The notes under the pieces: generated by a model
What the model was told of the DNA's origin: nothing
Databases searched by the model: none
What the model saw: only the letters and a program-made list of their open reading frames with translations
Source of the DNA: an uncultured bacterium
Lineage (GTDB): Bacteria; Latescibacterota; UBA2968; UBA8231
Assembly (NCBI GenBank): GCA_964005845.1
Contig: CAXFTV010000594.1
Coordinates: forward strand, 1 to 29,642
DNA length: 29,642 bases
Reading direction: 5' to 3'
Part shown: positions 8,178 to 17,403 of the stretch, in pieces
How the letters are laid out: each line of letters opens with the position of its first letter
How positions within the stretch are numbered: the stretch's first letter is position 1
Position numbers and translations under genes: made by a program

Positions 8178-9665
8178 ATGCAAATGCCCCGCCCTCAATC
8201 CGAGCGCCTGCAGCGGCGCCCCGAACTGATCCGCCGCCTGCTGGAAGCGCTGCGGGAAGATCAGCTCATCCACCACCCCGAAGACCTGGTGGTCTACGAA
8301 TGCGACGCGCTTTCGGCCTATCGCCAGCGCCCAATGGCCGTGGTCCTGCCAGCCACTACCGAGGACGTCTCTACCGTTCTCAAAATCTGCAGCGCGCTCG
8401 GCATCCCCATCGTCCCCTGGGGTGCGGGCACCGGTCTTTCAGGCGGTGCCCTGCCCCTGCAGGACGGCGTGGTGGTGAGCATGGGCCGCATGCATCAGAT
8501 TCTGGACATCGACCTGAAAAACCGCACTGTAACGGTGCAGCCAGGAGTCACAAATCTGGCTGTTACCAACGCCGTAAAAGACCACGGTTTCTACTATGCC
8601 CCGGATCCCTCGAGCCAGCTGGCTTGCAGCATAGGCGGCAATATTGCCGAGAACTCGGGCGGCGTGCACTGTCTCAAATACGGCACTACCACCAACAATG
8701 TACTGGGCCTCGAAATCGTGCTGGCAGACGGAGAAATCGTGCGTTTCGGCGGCAAAGCCATGGAGCGCGAAGGATACGATCTGCTGGGCCTGCTGACCGG
8801 TTCCGAGGGCCTTCTCGGCATTACCACCGAGGCCACCTTGAGAATCCTGCCCCGCCCCGAGCTGGCACGCGCCATGATGGCCGCCTACGACAGCGTAGAA
8901 AGAGCCGGCCAGGCCGTGGCTCACATCATCGGTGCCGGGATGATACCGGCAGGTATGGAAATCATGGACCGGCTCTCCATTGAAGCCACCGAAGACTTTG
9001 TCGGCGCCGGTTATCCGCGGGGTGTGGAAGCCCTGCTACTGGTCGAACTGGATGGCGCCGCCAGCGAAGTTGAATATCTTCTCGGCACTCTGGAGGACTT
9101 GCTGCGCGCAAGTGGAGCCACCCAGATCCGCACAGCCGGAAGCGAAGAAGAGCGCCTCAAGCTGTGGGCCGGCCGCAAGGCCGCCTTCCCCGCCATGGGA
9201 CGCATCAGTCCGGACTACTATTGTATGGACGGCACCATCCCGCGTTCCAAACTGCCTTTTGTGCTGCAACGCATCCAGGAACTAGGCGAGCGCTTCGGCC
9301 TGCCCGTAGCCAATGTCTTTCACGCCGGCGACGGCAATCTGCATCCCCTGGTGCTCTACGACAGCAATCGGAATGGCGACCTGGACAAAGCCGAAGAACT
9401 GGGAGCCGAAATCCTGCGGCTGTGCGTCGAAGTAGGCGGCGTTCTGAGCGGCGAGCACGGCATTGGCGTCGAAAAACGCGATTTGATGCCGTGCATGTTC
9501 AACGCTGCGGACCTCGAGGCGCAGGAGCGCATCAAGGCCGGTTTCGATCCGGCCCACCTGCTAAACCCGGGCAAGGTCTACCCGGTACTGCGACGCTGCA
9601 TCGAAGGTGGTAAAATGCACGTACATAGCGGCGCGGAAAAATTCCCCCATCTGGAACGTTTCTAA
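8178..9665 (+). CDS. glcD: Glycolate oxidase subunit GlcD-like FAD-linked oxidase
   Basis: VPWGAGTGLSGGA, YAPDPSSQLACSIGGNIAENSGG, GSEGLLG, HAGDGNLHP, SGEHGIGVEKR and LNPGK. Real start is 8178, not the ORF-track 7977. Confidence 0.95.
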   Translation: MQMPRPQSERLQRRPELIRRLLEALREDQLIHHPEDLVVYECDALSAYRQRPMAVVLPATTEDVSTVLKICSALGIPIVPWGAGTGLSGGALPLQDGVVVSMGRMHQILDIDLKNRTVTVQPGVTNLAVTNAVKDHGFYYAPDPSSQLACSIGGNIAENSGGVHCLKYGTTTNNVLGLEIVLADGEIVRFGGKAMEREGYDLLGLLTGSEGLLGITTEATLRILPRPELARAMMAAYDSVERAGQAVAHIIGAGMIPAGMEIMDRLSIEATEDFVGAGYPRGVEALLLVELDGAASEVEYLLGTLEDLLRASGATQIRTAGSEEERLKLWAGRKAAFPAMGRISPDYYCMDGTIPRSKLPFVLQRIQELGERFGLPVANVFHAGDGNLHPLVLYDSNRNGDLDKAEELGAEILRLCVEVGGVLSGEHGIGVEKRDLMPCMFNAADLEAQERIKAGFDPAHLLNPGKVYPVLRRCIEGGKMHVHSGAEKFPHLERF

Positions 9666-9679
9666 GGAGATCGAAAACC

Positions 9680-10009
9680 ATGTCCACCGATGCGACAATA
9701 TCCTCCCAAGTCGGCACCCGACTGCTCTTCGAAAACGACCGGGTCCGCGTCTGGGACCTGAGCCTGGCGCCGGGCGAAAGTACCGGCCTGCATCGCCACA
9801 CCGACGACTATTTCTTCGTGGTTATTGGAGATGGTACCCTTCAAGCCGGCGATGCCAACGGTACTAAGAGGGAAGCCAGGGCCATGCGTGATGGCGAGGT
9901 TCGCTTTTCGGAGGTCGATGGCGAAAACGTCCACGAGGCCACCAACGTTGGGGACACCCCCTGGAGAAATATCGTCGTCGAGTTGAAAGATTCCCCCCCC
10001 TCCGGCTGA
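9680..10009 (+). CDS. Cupin domain protein (109 aa)
   Basis: LLFENDRVRVWDLSLAPGESTGLHRH (HxH) and NVHEATNVG second cupin motif; AAGGAG SD. Confidence 0.9.
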   Translation: MSTDATISSQVGTRLLFENDRVRVWDLSLAPGESTGLHRHTDDYFFVVIGDGTLQAGDANGTKREARAMRDGEVRFSEVDGENVHEATNVGDTPWRNIVVELKDSPPSG

Positions 10010-10011
10010 AG

Positions 10012-11145
10012 ATGGACACTACTGCAGCCGTCCAGGATCGCGTCGTCCAGGCCCTGGACACCAACGAATCCCTGGACATAAGAGCCGGCAATACCAAGCA
10101 CCAGCTCGGCCGCCGCTGCCAGGGCGACTCCGCTCTCGACGTCTCCGCCCTGGACAAAGTTGTGAGTTATGAACCCGGCGAGTTGATTCTCGTTGTCCAG
10201 CCGGGGATGGCCCTCAAAGCGATTGAAGAGCTGCTCGGGGCGGAAAACCAGCACCTGCCTTTCGAACCGCCGCATTGGGGTGCAGGGGCCACTATTGGCG
10301 GGACCATGGCCTGCAACCTGTCGGGACCAAGGCGCTTCAAAGCTGGAGCCCTGCGCGACTTTATTCTGGGCTTGGAGATGGTCGACGGCCATGGCGAGTG
10401 CGTTCGCGCCGGTGGCAAAGTGGTTAAAAATGTCACCGGTTACGATTTGTCCAAAGTCCTCAGCGGATCCTTTGGCACCCTGGGCGTACTTACCGAGATC
10501 TGCCTCAAAGTCTGGCCGCGCCCCGAGACCGGGCAGACCCTGGTGGTACACGGCCAGACTCCCGAGACGGCCCTGCAACTAATGCTGCACCTGGCGACCA
10601 TGCCCTACGAAATCACCGGTCTGACCTACCTTCCGGCCGCCGACCCAAAAGAATCCCGGACGCTGGCACGTCTCGAAGGACCAGGGCCATCGGTGGCAGC
10701 ACAGCTGCATAGATTAAGCGCCGATATAGAGGCTGACACATCTGCCGTGGAAGAGGGAGATTCCGAGCTCTTTTGGATGCGCCTACGCGAACTCGATCCC
10801 TTTCAGCCAGCTCCCGGCGAGCAACTTTGGCGTTTCGCCGTGCCGCCGGCCAGCGCCATGCAACTACTGGAAACCCTGAAAAAACACGCCCTCCTCCGGT
10901 GGGGCCTGGACTGGGGCGGCGGTCTATTGTGGGCGCTTTTCCCGGCCCCAGTACAGGCCGCTCTCCTGCACCAGGCCGCGCGTTCGCACCAGGGGATGGC
11001 CTGGCGCTTTGCCACGACCGCCGACGACCCCAACGCCGAGGCTTTCACGCCCCTTTCCGATGGTCTGAAGCGCTTGAATCAAATCCTCAAGAACGCCTTT
11101 GATCCAGTGGCAATCTTCAACCCCGGAAGAATGTACGCAACCTGA
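10012..11145 (+). CDS. glcE: Glycolate oxidase FAD-binding subunit GlcE-like
   Basis: YEPGELILVVQPG, LPFEPP, ATIGG...NLSGPRR, GGKVVKNVTGYDLSK, DWGGGL and FDPVAIFNPGRM. Confidence 0.93.
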   Translation: MDTTAAVQDRVVQALDTNESLDIRAGNTKHQLGRRCQGDSALDVSALDKVVSYEPGELILVVQPGMALKAIEELLGAENQHLPFEPPHWGAGATIGGTMACNLSGPRRFKAGALRDFILGLEMVDGHGECVRAGGKVVKNVTGYDLSKVLSGSFGTLGVLTEICLKVWPRPETGQTLVVHGQTPETALQLMLHLATMPYEITGLTYLPAADPKESRTLARLEGPGPSVAAQLHRLSADIEADTSAVEEGDSELFWMRLRELDPFQPAPGEQLWRFAVPPASAMQLLETLKKHALLRWGLDWGGGLLWALFPAPVQAALLHQAARSHQGMAWRFATTADDPNAEAFTPLSDGLKRLNQILKNAFDPVAIFNPGRMYAT

Positions 11146-11290
11146 TAGTAACCAGATCCTGCAATCTGTCCCAGAACCGGCCGCCGAAGAGAAAAACTCA
11201 CCCTTCTTTTCCCCGCGTTCCCCTGTATCCCGTTCACGGTCCTCGTTGGCCCGATCCTCTATGCCGGTCCACTACTTGCTCAAATAGGCG

Positions 11291-12475
11291 TCAATAAACC
11301 TGACCCGGCCGGTAGTCCGAATCCCGGGTCGGCTCCGAACTCAACCACAGCGCCCGGCGGTCGCGCGCGTATACATACTGGTAGTCATAGGTGTCCGGCG
11401 GCGGCGCCAGATTGCCCACTGAGGGATAGCGGGCAATGGCCTCTTCCACTATATCGATACCCAGACCCGGCACATCCGGTACGACAATTTGGCTGTCGAC
11501 GATCTCCGGTTGTCCTTCCATCACCTCGTAGCGCTGTGGCACATCGTCCTCCAGATGTTCCAGGATCAAAAAGTTTGGCAGGGTGGCCAGAAGGTGGACC
11601 GCTGCCATTTCCGCCACCGGCCCCAGCGAGCCATCGTGCGGTGCCATGGTAATATGGTGGGCTTCGGCCAGAGCGGCGATTTTTTTCATCTGCGCCAGAC
11701 CACCGGCCCGGCCCGTATCTGGCTGTACTACATCAATGATCTCGCGCTCGATCAACTCCCGTACACCCCAAATGGCGGCGTGCCGCTCTCCGGCCGCTAT
11801 CGGCAGGTCCACGGCCGCGGCCACCCGCGCCAGGGAGTCGACGTTTTCCGGTGCCACCGGATCTTCGTAAAACAGCAACCTGTAATTTTCCAGTTCTCGC
11901 CCCAGGGCAATGGCATCGCGCGGCGTCATCCAGGGTGGACCGTGGACGTCCACCATCAAATCCACTTCCAGACCCACCTCCCGGCGAATTGAATCGACGG
12001 CTTCCACGCAGTTTTCTATACCGCCCGTCTTCAGCGCCGTATAACCGCGGTCCACCAACTCCCGCGCCCGCGGGGCGTCGTGGGCGTGGGCATAAATCCG
12101 CACCCGATCGCGCATCTTGCCGCCGAGCAAGTTCCACACCGGCACCTCCAGGGCCTTGCCTTTGATGTCCCACAGGGCCATCTCCACCCCGCTCATGGCA
12201 CCACCACCCACAATACCGGTCATACCGTGGCCCATTATCGCACTCAACATCTTGTTCCACAGCCGCTCGATGTGAAAGGGATCCTCACCCACCAGCAAGG
12301 GTTCGAGGTCGTGGATAGCCGTCTCCACTACCCGCGGCCAGCCACTGGCCTCGCCGATTCCATAAATGCCCTCATCCGTTATCACCTTGACAAACAACCA
12401 GTTGCGCGCTGCCCACCCCCCGGTCTGCGGCGGCGCCGCGTGCATGAGGAAAGTTTTGATCTCTACGATTTTCAT
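11291..12475 (-). CDS. Mandelate racemase/muconate lactonizing enzyme family, probable acid-sugar dehydratase (DgoD-like)
   Basis: VKVITDEGIYGIGE, EMALWDIKGK; metal ligands in DVHG, YEDP and GER; QPD/APHD dyad; PGLG. GGAGG SD. Confidence 0.93.
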   Translation of the reverse strand: MKIVEIKTFLMHAAPPQTGGWAARNWLFVKVITDEGIYGIGEASGWPRVVETAIHDLEPLLVGEDPFHIERLWNKMLSAIMGHGMTGIVGGGAMSGVEMALWDIKGKALEVPVWNLLGGKMRDRVRIYAHAHDAPRARELVDRGYTALKTGGIENCVEAVDSIRREVGLEVDLMVDVHGPPWMTPRDAIALGRELENYRLLFYEDPVAPENVDSLARVAAAVDLPIAAGERHAAIWGVRELIEREIIDVVQPDTGRAGGLAQMKKIAALAEAHHITMAPHDGSLGPVAEMAAVHLLATLPNFLILEHLEDDVPQRYEVMEGQPEIVDSQIVVPDVPGLGIDIVEEAIARYPSVGNLAPPPDTYDYQYVYARDRRALWLSSEPTRDSDYRPGQVY

Positions 12476-12534
12476 TGCTCGTCCTCCAAAATTAGTCCTG
12501 GGAAACTAACGCTTCGCTATATAACGACATCTAA

Positions 12535-12566
12535 TATAGTGCCTCGAAGGCCTGTGAGGCACTATA
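12535..12566. promoter_or_regulatory. Near-perfect 32-bp palindrome in divergent promoter region (operator or hairpin)
   Basis: TATAGTGCCTC-gaAGGCCTgt-GAGGCACTATA: 11-bp perfect arms with an internal AGGCCT palindrome. Confidence 0.55.
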
Positions 12567-12723
12567 CCTACCACCTTCAAACAACGCCCTGTGGGACTTT
12601 CAAAATACCACTAATACGCGGTTCAACAAGCGTTTGACAGTCACCGTTCTTTTATTTAATTTTAGCTATTTCTGATAGTTAGAAAACTTCGCACAATTTA
12701 CAATTTTAGCCGGTAGACAATCT

Positions 12724-13692
12724 ATGGACCAGTTCTTAGGCCTAATCCAAGAGGAAATGGAACTCTTCGAAAAACGCCTGGATAAGGCCCTCTATTCCGA
12801 CGTAGAGCTGGCCCACCAGGTTGCTCGCTACATGTCTACCGTCAAAGGCAAACGGCTCAGGCCAGCCCTGGCCCTCATGTGCGGCAAGGCCGTCGAAGCC
12901 TGGGACCAGCGAATTATCGACGCAGCCGTAGTCGTGGAAATGATCCATGCTGCGACTATGATTCACGACGACGTCATCGACTCGGCAGCTACCCGGCGCG
13001 GCAAGGCTTCGGTGAACTCGGTCTGGAGCAACCAGGTGGCGGTTCTCATGGGCGATTTTCTCCTCTCCCGTGCTCTGTGCATCCTGGTCGACCTGGGCGA
13101 CCTCCTGGCACTGCAAACGGTATCCCGCGCCACCGAGCGCCTGAGCCAGGGAGAAATCTTCGAGATTCAAATCGGCCAGCAGACCGATACCCGCGAGGAT
13201 TCTTATTTCGGCATGGTCGGCGATAAAACGGCCTCACTGGTTGCCGCCTCCTGTAAAATCGGTCCCATTCTGGCGGGCGCATCCACAGCGGTTATTGAAT
13301 CCATGGGAAAGTATGGAGAATCCCTTGGAAAAGCTTTTCAAATCGCCGACGATATCCTCGATTTTACCGGCGATGCCCAGACCATGGGCAAACCTGTGGG
13401 ACACGATCTACACGAAGACAAGATCACCCTGCCCCTGATCCATGCTCTGCAGGCCGCACCGGACGAAAAACGCACGGGTATAGAAAGTCTGCTCCAGCAG
13501 CCGGACAAGGGCGATGAGGAGTACAAGCAAATCGTCGCATTCGTCGAAGAGTACGAGGGCGTAGCCACCGCCAGCAAATGCGCCCGGGAATACGCCAGTC
13601 GGGCCCAGGAGTGCCTGAAGGTGCTGAACCCCTCACCCGCCCGTACGGCACTGGAACTGGCCGTACGGCTGGTAGTGGAACGCAATAATTAG
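12724..13692 (+). CDS. ispB: Long-chain trans-polyprenyl diphosphate synthase (octaprenyl-PP synthase-like)
   Basis: GKRLRP, FARM IHDDVID, RRGK, GDFL, KTA, SARM FQIADDILD, GKP..DL and KITLP. Confidence 0.95.
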   Translation: MDQFLGLIQEEMELFEKRLDKALYSDVELAHQVARYMSTVKGKRLRPALALMCGKAVEAWDQRIIDAAVVVEMIHAATMIHDDVIDSAATRRGKASVNSVWSNQVAVLMGDFLLSRALCILVDLGDLLALQTVSRATERLSQGEIFEIQIGQQTDTREDSYFGMVGDKTASLVAASCKIGPILAGASTAVIESMGKYGESLGKAFQIADDILDFTGDAQTMGKPVGHDLHEDKITLPLIHALQAAPDEKRTGIESLLQQPDKGDEEYKQIVAFVEEYEGVATASKCAREYASRAQECLKVLNPSPARTALELAVRLVVERNN

Positions 13693-13754
13693 GCTTTGTC
13701 CACCAGCCCTAAGTAAAATGAGCTGGACATAAAAATATTGGGGCTTCCCGGCGT

Positions 13755-14783
13755 ATGAAGGTCCAGATTATCCTGGCCATCGTCGGCCTGGGCTTGGTAC
13801 TGTTCTTTCTACCACGGGCCGATGTGGCCGTGCCCTTTGTCGAAGCGCACCTGGCCATGGGCACCGTGGTCACCCTCAAGCTCTACGTAGAGGAAGAAGA
13901 AGTCCGACCACTGGCGGATCTTGCTTTTGCGGAAATTGATCATATAGATTCTCTAATGAGCGGCTATTCCGCAACCAGCGAGTTGAATCAGATCAACTCG
14001 CTGGCCGCGACGCAGAGGATAAATTGTTCCACCGAACTCAATCTCGTCCTGGAGCGCTCTCTGTACTTCGCCCGGCGCTCCCAGGGGAGCTTTGATGTCA
14101 CGATAGGTGCCCTGACCGATTTGTGGGATTTTCCGGACGCCCTGGCACCTCCGGCCGCGGCCGCAATCGACTCCGCTAGAGCCCTTGTCGGTCGTGATTA
14201 CCTGCAGCTGCAGGATCATCAGGTACGCTTGCTGCGCCAGGGGGTACGCCTGGATCTGGGGGCTGTGGCCAAGGGTTTTGCGGTGGATCGAGCAGTGGAA
14301 GCATTGGACGCAGCCGGCGTTTCCAGAGGCCTTATTATCGCCGGTGGCGATATTCGTTTCTGGGGTAAAAAACCGGATGGCCGGCCCTGGCGTTTCGCCG
14401 TCCAGCATCCGCGCGACCCAGACCAGTTAATCCAGGTCGAAGATTTGGGCCTGGCCGCCCTGGCCACCTCGGGAGATTACCAGCAGTTTTTCATCTTCGA
14501 GGGCAAGCGCTTTCATCATTTGCTGGACCCGCATACCGGTTATCCAGCACGCGCAGCGATTAGCGCCACAGCATGGGCCGAGACGGCAATGGATGCGGAT
14601 ATCCTCTCCACGGCCCTTTTTGTCCTGGGAGCAGAGCGGGGCATAGATTGGATTGAATCCCTGCCCGACGCCGAGGCCCTGGTTTTTTTTGAACGGGATG
14701 GGAAACTGGATTACAGCGCCTCCAGCGGAGTGGCGCAAAACCTACGCTTTATGAAAAAGGCCGACGAAAACTCTTCGTTCTGA
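13755..14783 (+). CDS. apbE: FAD:protein FMN transferase ApbE
   Basis: AMGT, SELNQIN, FDVTIG, DLGAVAKGFAVD, GGDI, ATSGDY, HHLLDPHTGYP and ADILST; N-terminal hydrophobic anchor without lipobox Cys. Confidence 0.96.
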   Translation: MKVQIILAIVGLGLVLFFLPRADVAVPFVEAHLAMGTVVTLKLYVEEEEVRPLADLAFAEIDHIDSLMSGYSATSELNQINSLAATQRINCSTELNLVLERSLYFARRSQGSFDVTIGALTDLWDFPDALAPPAAAAIDSARALVGRDYLQLQDHQVRLLRQGVRLDLGAVAKGFAVDRAVEALDAAGVSRGLIIAGGDIRFWGKKPDGRPWRFAVQHPRDPDQLIQVEDLGLAALATSGDYQQFFIFEGKRFHHLLDPHTGYPARAAISATAWAETAMDADILSTALFVLGAERGIDWIESLPDAEALVFFERDGKLDYSASSGVAQNLRFMKKADENSSF

Positions 14784-14816
14784 AACACAACAACACTCTA
14801 TAAAAGGCAATTGGAC

Positions 14817-17372
14817 ATGACGCAAAATTGGAAACCGCTTCTCATCGTGGCCCTCGCCCTCACCGCTGCATACTATCTGTACCCCAGTCTCCAGTTCTAC
14901 GGTATGAGCGAGGCGGAAAAAACAACCATGCAACAAAATTCGCCGGCGGCCCTGGACGACCTGCACAAGCGTTCGATCAATCTGGGTCTTGACCTCCAGG
15001 GTGGTATTCATCTGGTGATGGAAGTCGACTTGTCCAAGCTTCCCCCGGACGAAGCCACTGATGCAGTGGCCCGAACCCGCGAGGTCATCCGCAACCGCAT
15101 CGACCAGTTCGGCGTCGCCGAACCAACGATCCAGCAACAGGGCGAGAACCGCATCATCGTCGAACTACCCGGCGTCCAGGATGTCGAACGCGCCAAAAGC
15201 CTGATCGGCCAGACCGCCCGCCTCGAATTCAAGCTATTGCCACCCGCCGAAGAACGGGATCGCTTGATCGCCCGCCTCAACGCGGCTCTGGACAACAAAG
15301 AAACGGCTGCCGACAGCATCTCTGCGGCAGAGGAAGCCGGGGAAGAAGCCGAGAGTCTTTTTGAAGAAAGCGATGCGGATGATATCAGCGAAGAAGCGGC
15401 CTCCTTTACCGACATGCTCCTCCCGGTCCGGGGCGGTAGCGATATCGGCATCCGGGTGCGAGATCTGCCGCGGGTAAAACTCCTGCTCCAGGATTCCCGG
15501 GCCCAGGCCCTGATTGACGACGATGTGGAATTTCTCTTCTCCAGCAAAGCCGAGGGCAATCCAGGCAACCAGTACTATATCCTTTATCTGATCAACAAAA
15601 AATCGGAAATGAACGGCGATATGGTCCAGGATGCACGAGTTTCCATGGGAGACCAAATTGAGTATATGGGCCAGCCCATCGTCAATTTTGAAACTACCGA
15701 CGAGGGCATCGACCTTTTCCGCAACATAACCGGCCGCCATGTCGGCGAGCGCCTGGGCATCGTCCTGGACGGCACCGTCTATTCGGCCCCCGAACTCATA
15801 ACTCGCATCCCCGATGGACGCTCTATCATCACCGGCAGCGGCACCCAGGAAGAAGCCCAGGACCTGGCCATCGTCCTGCGCGCCGGCGCCCTGCCGACCA
15901 ATGTAGAAATCATCGAAGACCGCACCGTAGGCCCATCCCTGGGGCGCGACTCCATCGAACAGGGCAGGGAAGCAGCCCTCATCAGCATGGCGCTGATCGC
16001 CATTTTCATGATCGTCTATTACCGGTTCGCCGGAATTATCGCCAATCTAGCCCTGAGCCTCAATATCGTCTTTGTGATGGCAGTCCTATCCGGCTTCCAC
16101 GCCACTCTGACACTGCCCGGCATAGCGGGTATCATCCTGACCATCGGCATGGCAGTAGACGCCAATGTTCTCATCTTTGAGCGCATACGCGAAGAATTGC
16201 GACGCGGAAAAACCGTCCGGGCCGCAATCGACAGCGGCTACAGCAACGCCCTCTCGGCCATCATCGACGCCAATGTCACCACCTTTCTGGTTGGCATCGT
16301 ACTCTACGAATTCGGCACCGGCCCCATCCGCGGTTTCGCCCTGACGCTCTGCATCGGCATTCTCTCCAGTCTGTTCACCGCTTTTTTCTTTACCCGCACC
16401 ATATTCGATCTTATCACCAGGCAGACCCGCACCCAGACATTGAGCATCGGCCCGATAAAGCTGCTTTCGAATCTGAAAATCGCCTTCCTGTCGATGCGCA
16501 AACTGGCCTTGCTGGTCTCGGCTGGCGTCCTCTTGCTGGGCACTGTTTCAGTGGGCATCCATGGCATCAATCCGGGGATCGACTTTGCAGGTGGCTCCCT
16601 TCTCGAACTCCACTTTGACCCGCCTGTCAAAACCGAAAATCTGCGCAGTGCCATGGATAAACTGAATCTCGGTTCCGCCGAGATCAAAGAATTCGGCACC
16701 CCCAACGACATTCTGATTCGCATAACCGAAGGCACCGCCGGGGTGCAGATATCAGATAAAATCAAGGCCCTGATCAAAAGCGAATTTAGCGGCAATATCA
16801 AGGATGAACTGGAGTTTTTGAGGCGCGAGGAGCAGGTGGGGCCCAATATCGGCGAAGAGTTGAGCGAGGCGGCCCTGCGCGCCGTACTCGTATCGCTTGT
16901 CCTAATTCTGATTTACATGGCCTGGCGCTTCCATCGCTTTCTCTACGGCATCGCCGCAGTCGTAGCGCTTTTCCACGACGTCCTGATCACCCTGGGGCTG
17001 CTCTCTTTACTCGGCATAGAGATCAGTCTGGCTGTAGTGGCGGCCCTGCTCGCCATCGTGGGGTATTCGCTCAACGATACGATTGTCGTTTTCGACCGCA
17101 TCCGCGAAAACCTGACCACCCGCCGCCAGGATAGCTTTGCCGGCATGCTGAACCTCAGTATCAACGACTGTCTGAGCCGCACCGCCATTACCTCGGTAAC
17201 TACCCTGATGGCCGTTTTGGCGTTGATGATCTGGGGCGGCGAAGTTATAAGAAGCTTTACTATTACCCTGCTGATCGGTGTTATAGTAGGTACCTACTCC
17301 TCAATATTCATCGCCAGCCCCGTTCTTTACTACGGGCAGGAATACGCCGCCAGGAAGGAACGAAAAAACTAA
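14817..17372 (+). CDS. secDF: Fused protein translocase subunit SecDF
   Basis: LGLDLQGG, RIDQFGVAEP, LRAGALP, VGPSLG, GMAVDANVLIFERIREE (SecD); GIDFAGG, GYSLNDTIVVFDRIRE and GTYSSIFIA (SecF). ATG 14817 preferred over TTG 14811 by SD spacing. Confidence 0.98.
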   Translation: MTQNWKPLLIVALALTAAYYLYPSLQFYGMSEAEKTTMQQNSPAALDDLHKRSINLGLDLQGGIHLVMEVDLSKLPPDEATDAVARTREVIRNRIDQFGVAEPTIQQQGENRIIVELPGVQDVERAKSLIGQTARLEFKLLPPAEERDRLIARLNAALDNKETAADSISAAEEAGEEAESLFEESDADDISEEAASFTDMLLPVRGGSDIGIRVRDLPRVKLLLQDSRAQALIDDDVEFLFSSKAEGNPGNQYYILYLINKKSEMNGDMVQDARVSMGDQIEYMGQPIVNFETTDEGIDLFRNITGRHVGERLGIVLDGTVYSAPELITRIPDGRSIITGSGTQEEAQDLAIVLRAGALPTNVEIIEDRTVGPSLGRDSIEQGREAALISMALIAIFMIVYYRFAGIIANLALSLNIVFVMAVLSGFHATLTLPGIAGIILTIGMAVDANVLIFERIREELRRGKTVRAAIDSGYSNALSAIIDANVTTFLVGIVLYEFGTGPIRGFALTLCIGILSSLFTAFFFTRTIFDLITRQTRTQTLSIGPIKLLSNLKIAFLSMRKLALLVSAGVLLLGTVSVGIHGINPGIDFAGGSLLELHFDPPVKTENLRSAMDKLNLGSAEIKEFGTPNDILIRITEGTAGVQISDKIKALIKSEFSGNIKDELEFLRREEQVGPNIGEELSEAALRAVLVSLVLILIYMAWRFHRFLYGIAAVVALFHDVLITLGLLSLLGIEISLAVVAALLAIVGYSLNDTIVVFDRIRENLTTRRQDSFAGMLNLSINDCLSRTAITSVTTLMAVLALMIWGGEVIRSFTITLLIGVIVGTYSSIFIASPVLYYGQEYAARKERKN

Positions 17373-17403
17373 TTTTCTAGTCGGCGCTCCAGGGAGAAGG
17401 ACG

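Noticed and set aside
11099-11287. 62-aa ORF after glcE as a possible glcF remnant
   Set aside because: No Cys motifs or GlcF resemblance; Ser/Pro-rich non-coding-like composition.
15280-15410. Acidic low-complexity stretch in SecD (AAEEAGEEAESLFEESDADD)
   Set aside because: It resembles the variable periplasmic insertions common in SecD proteins; not a repeat or separate element.
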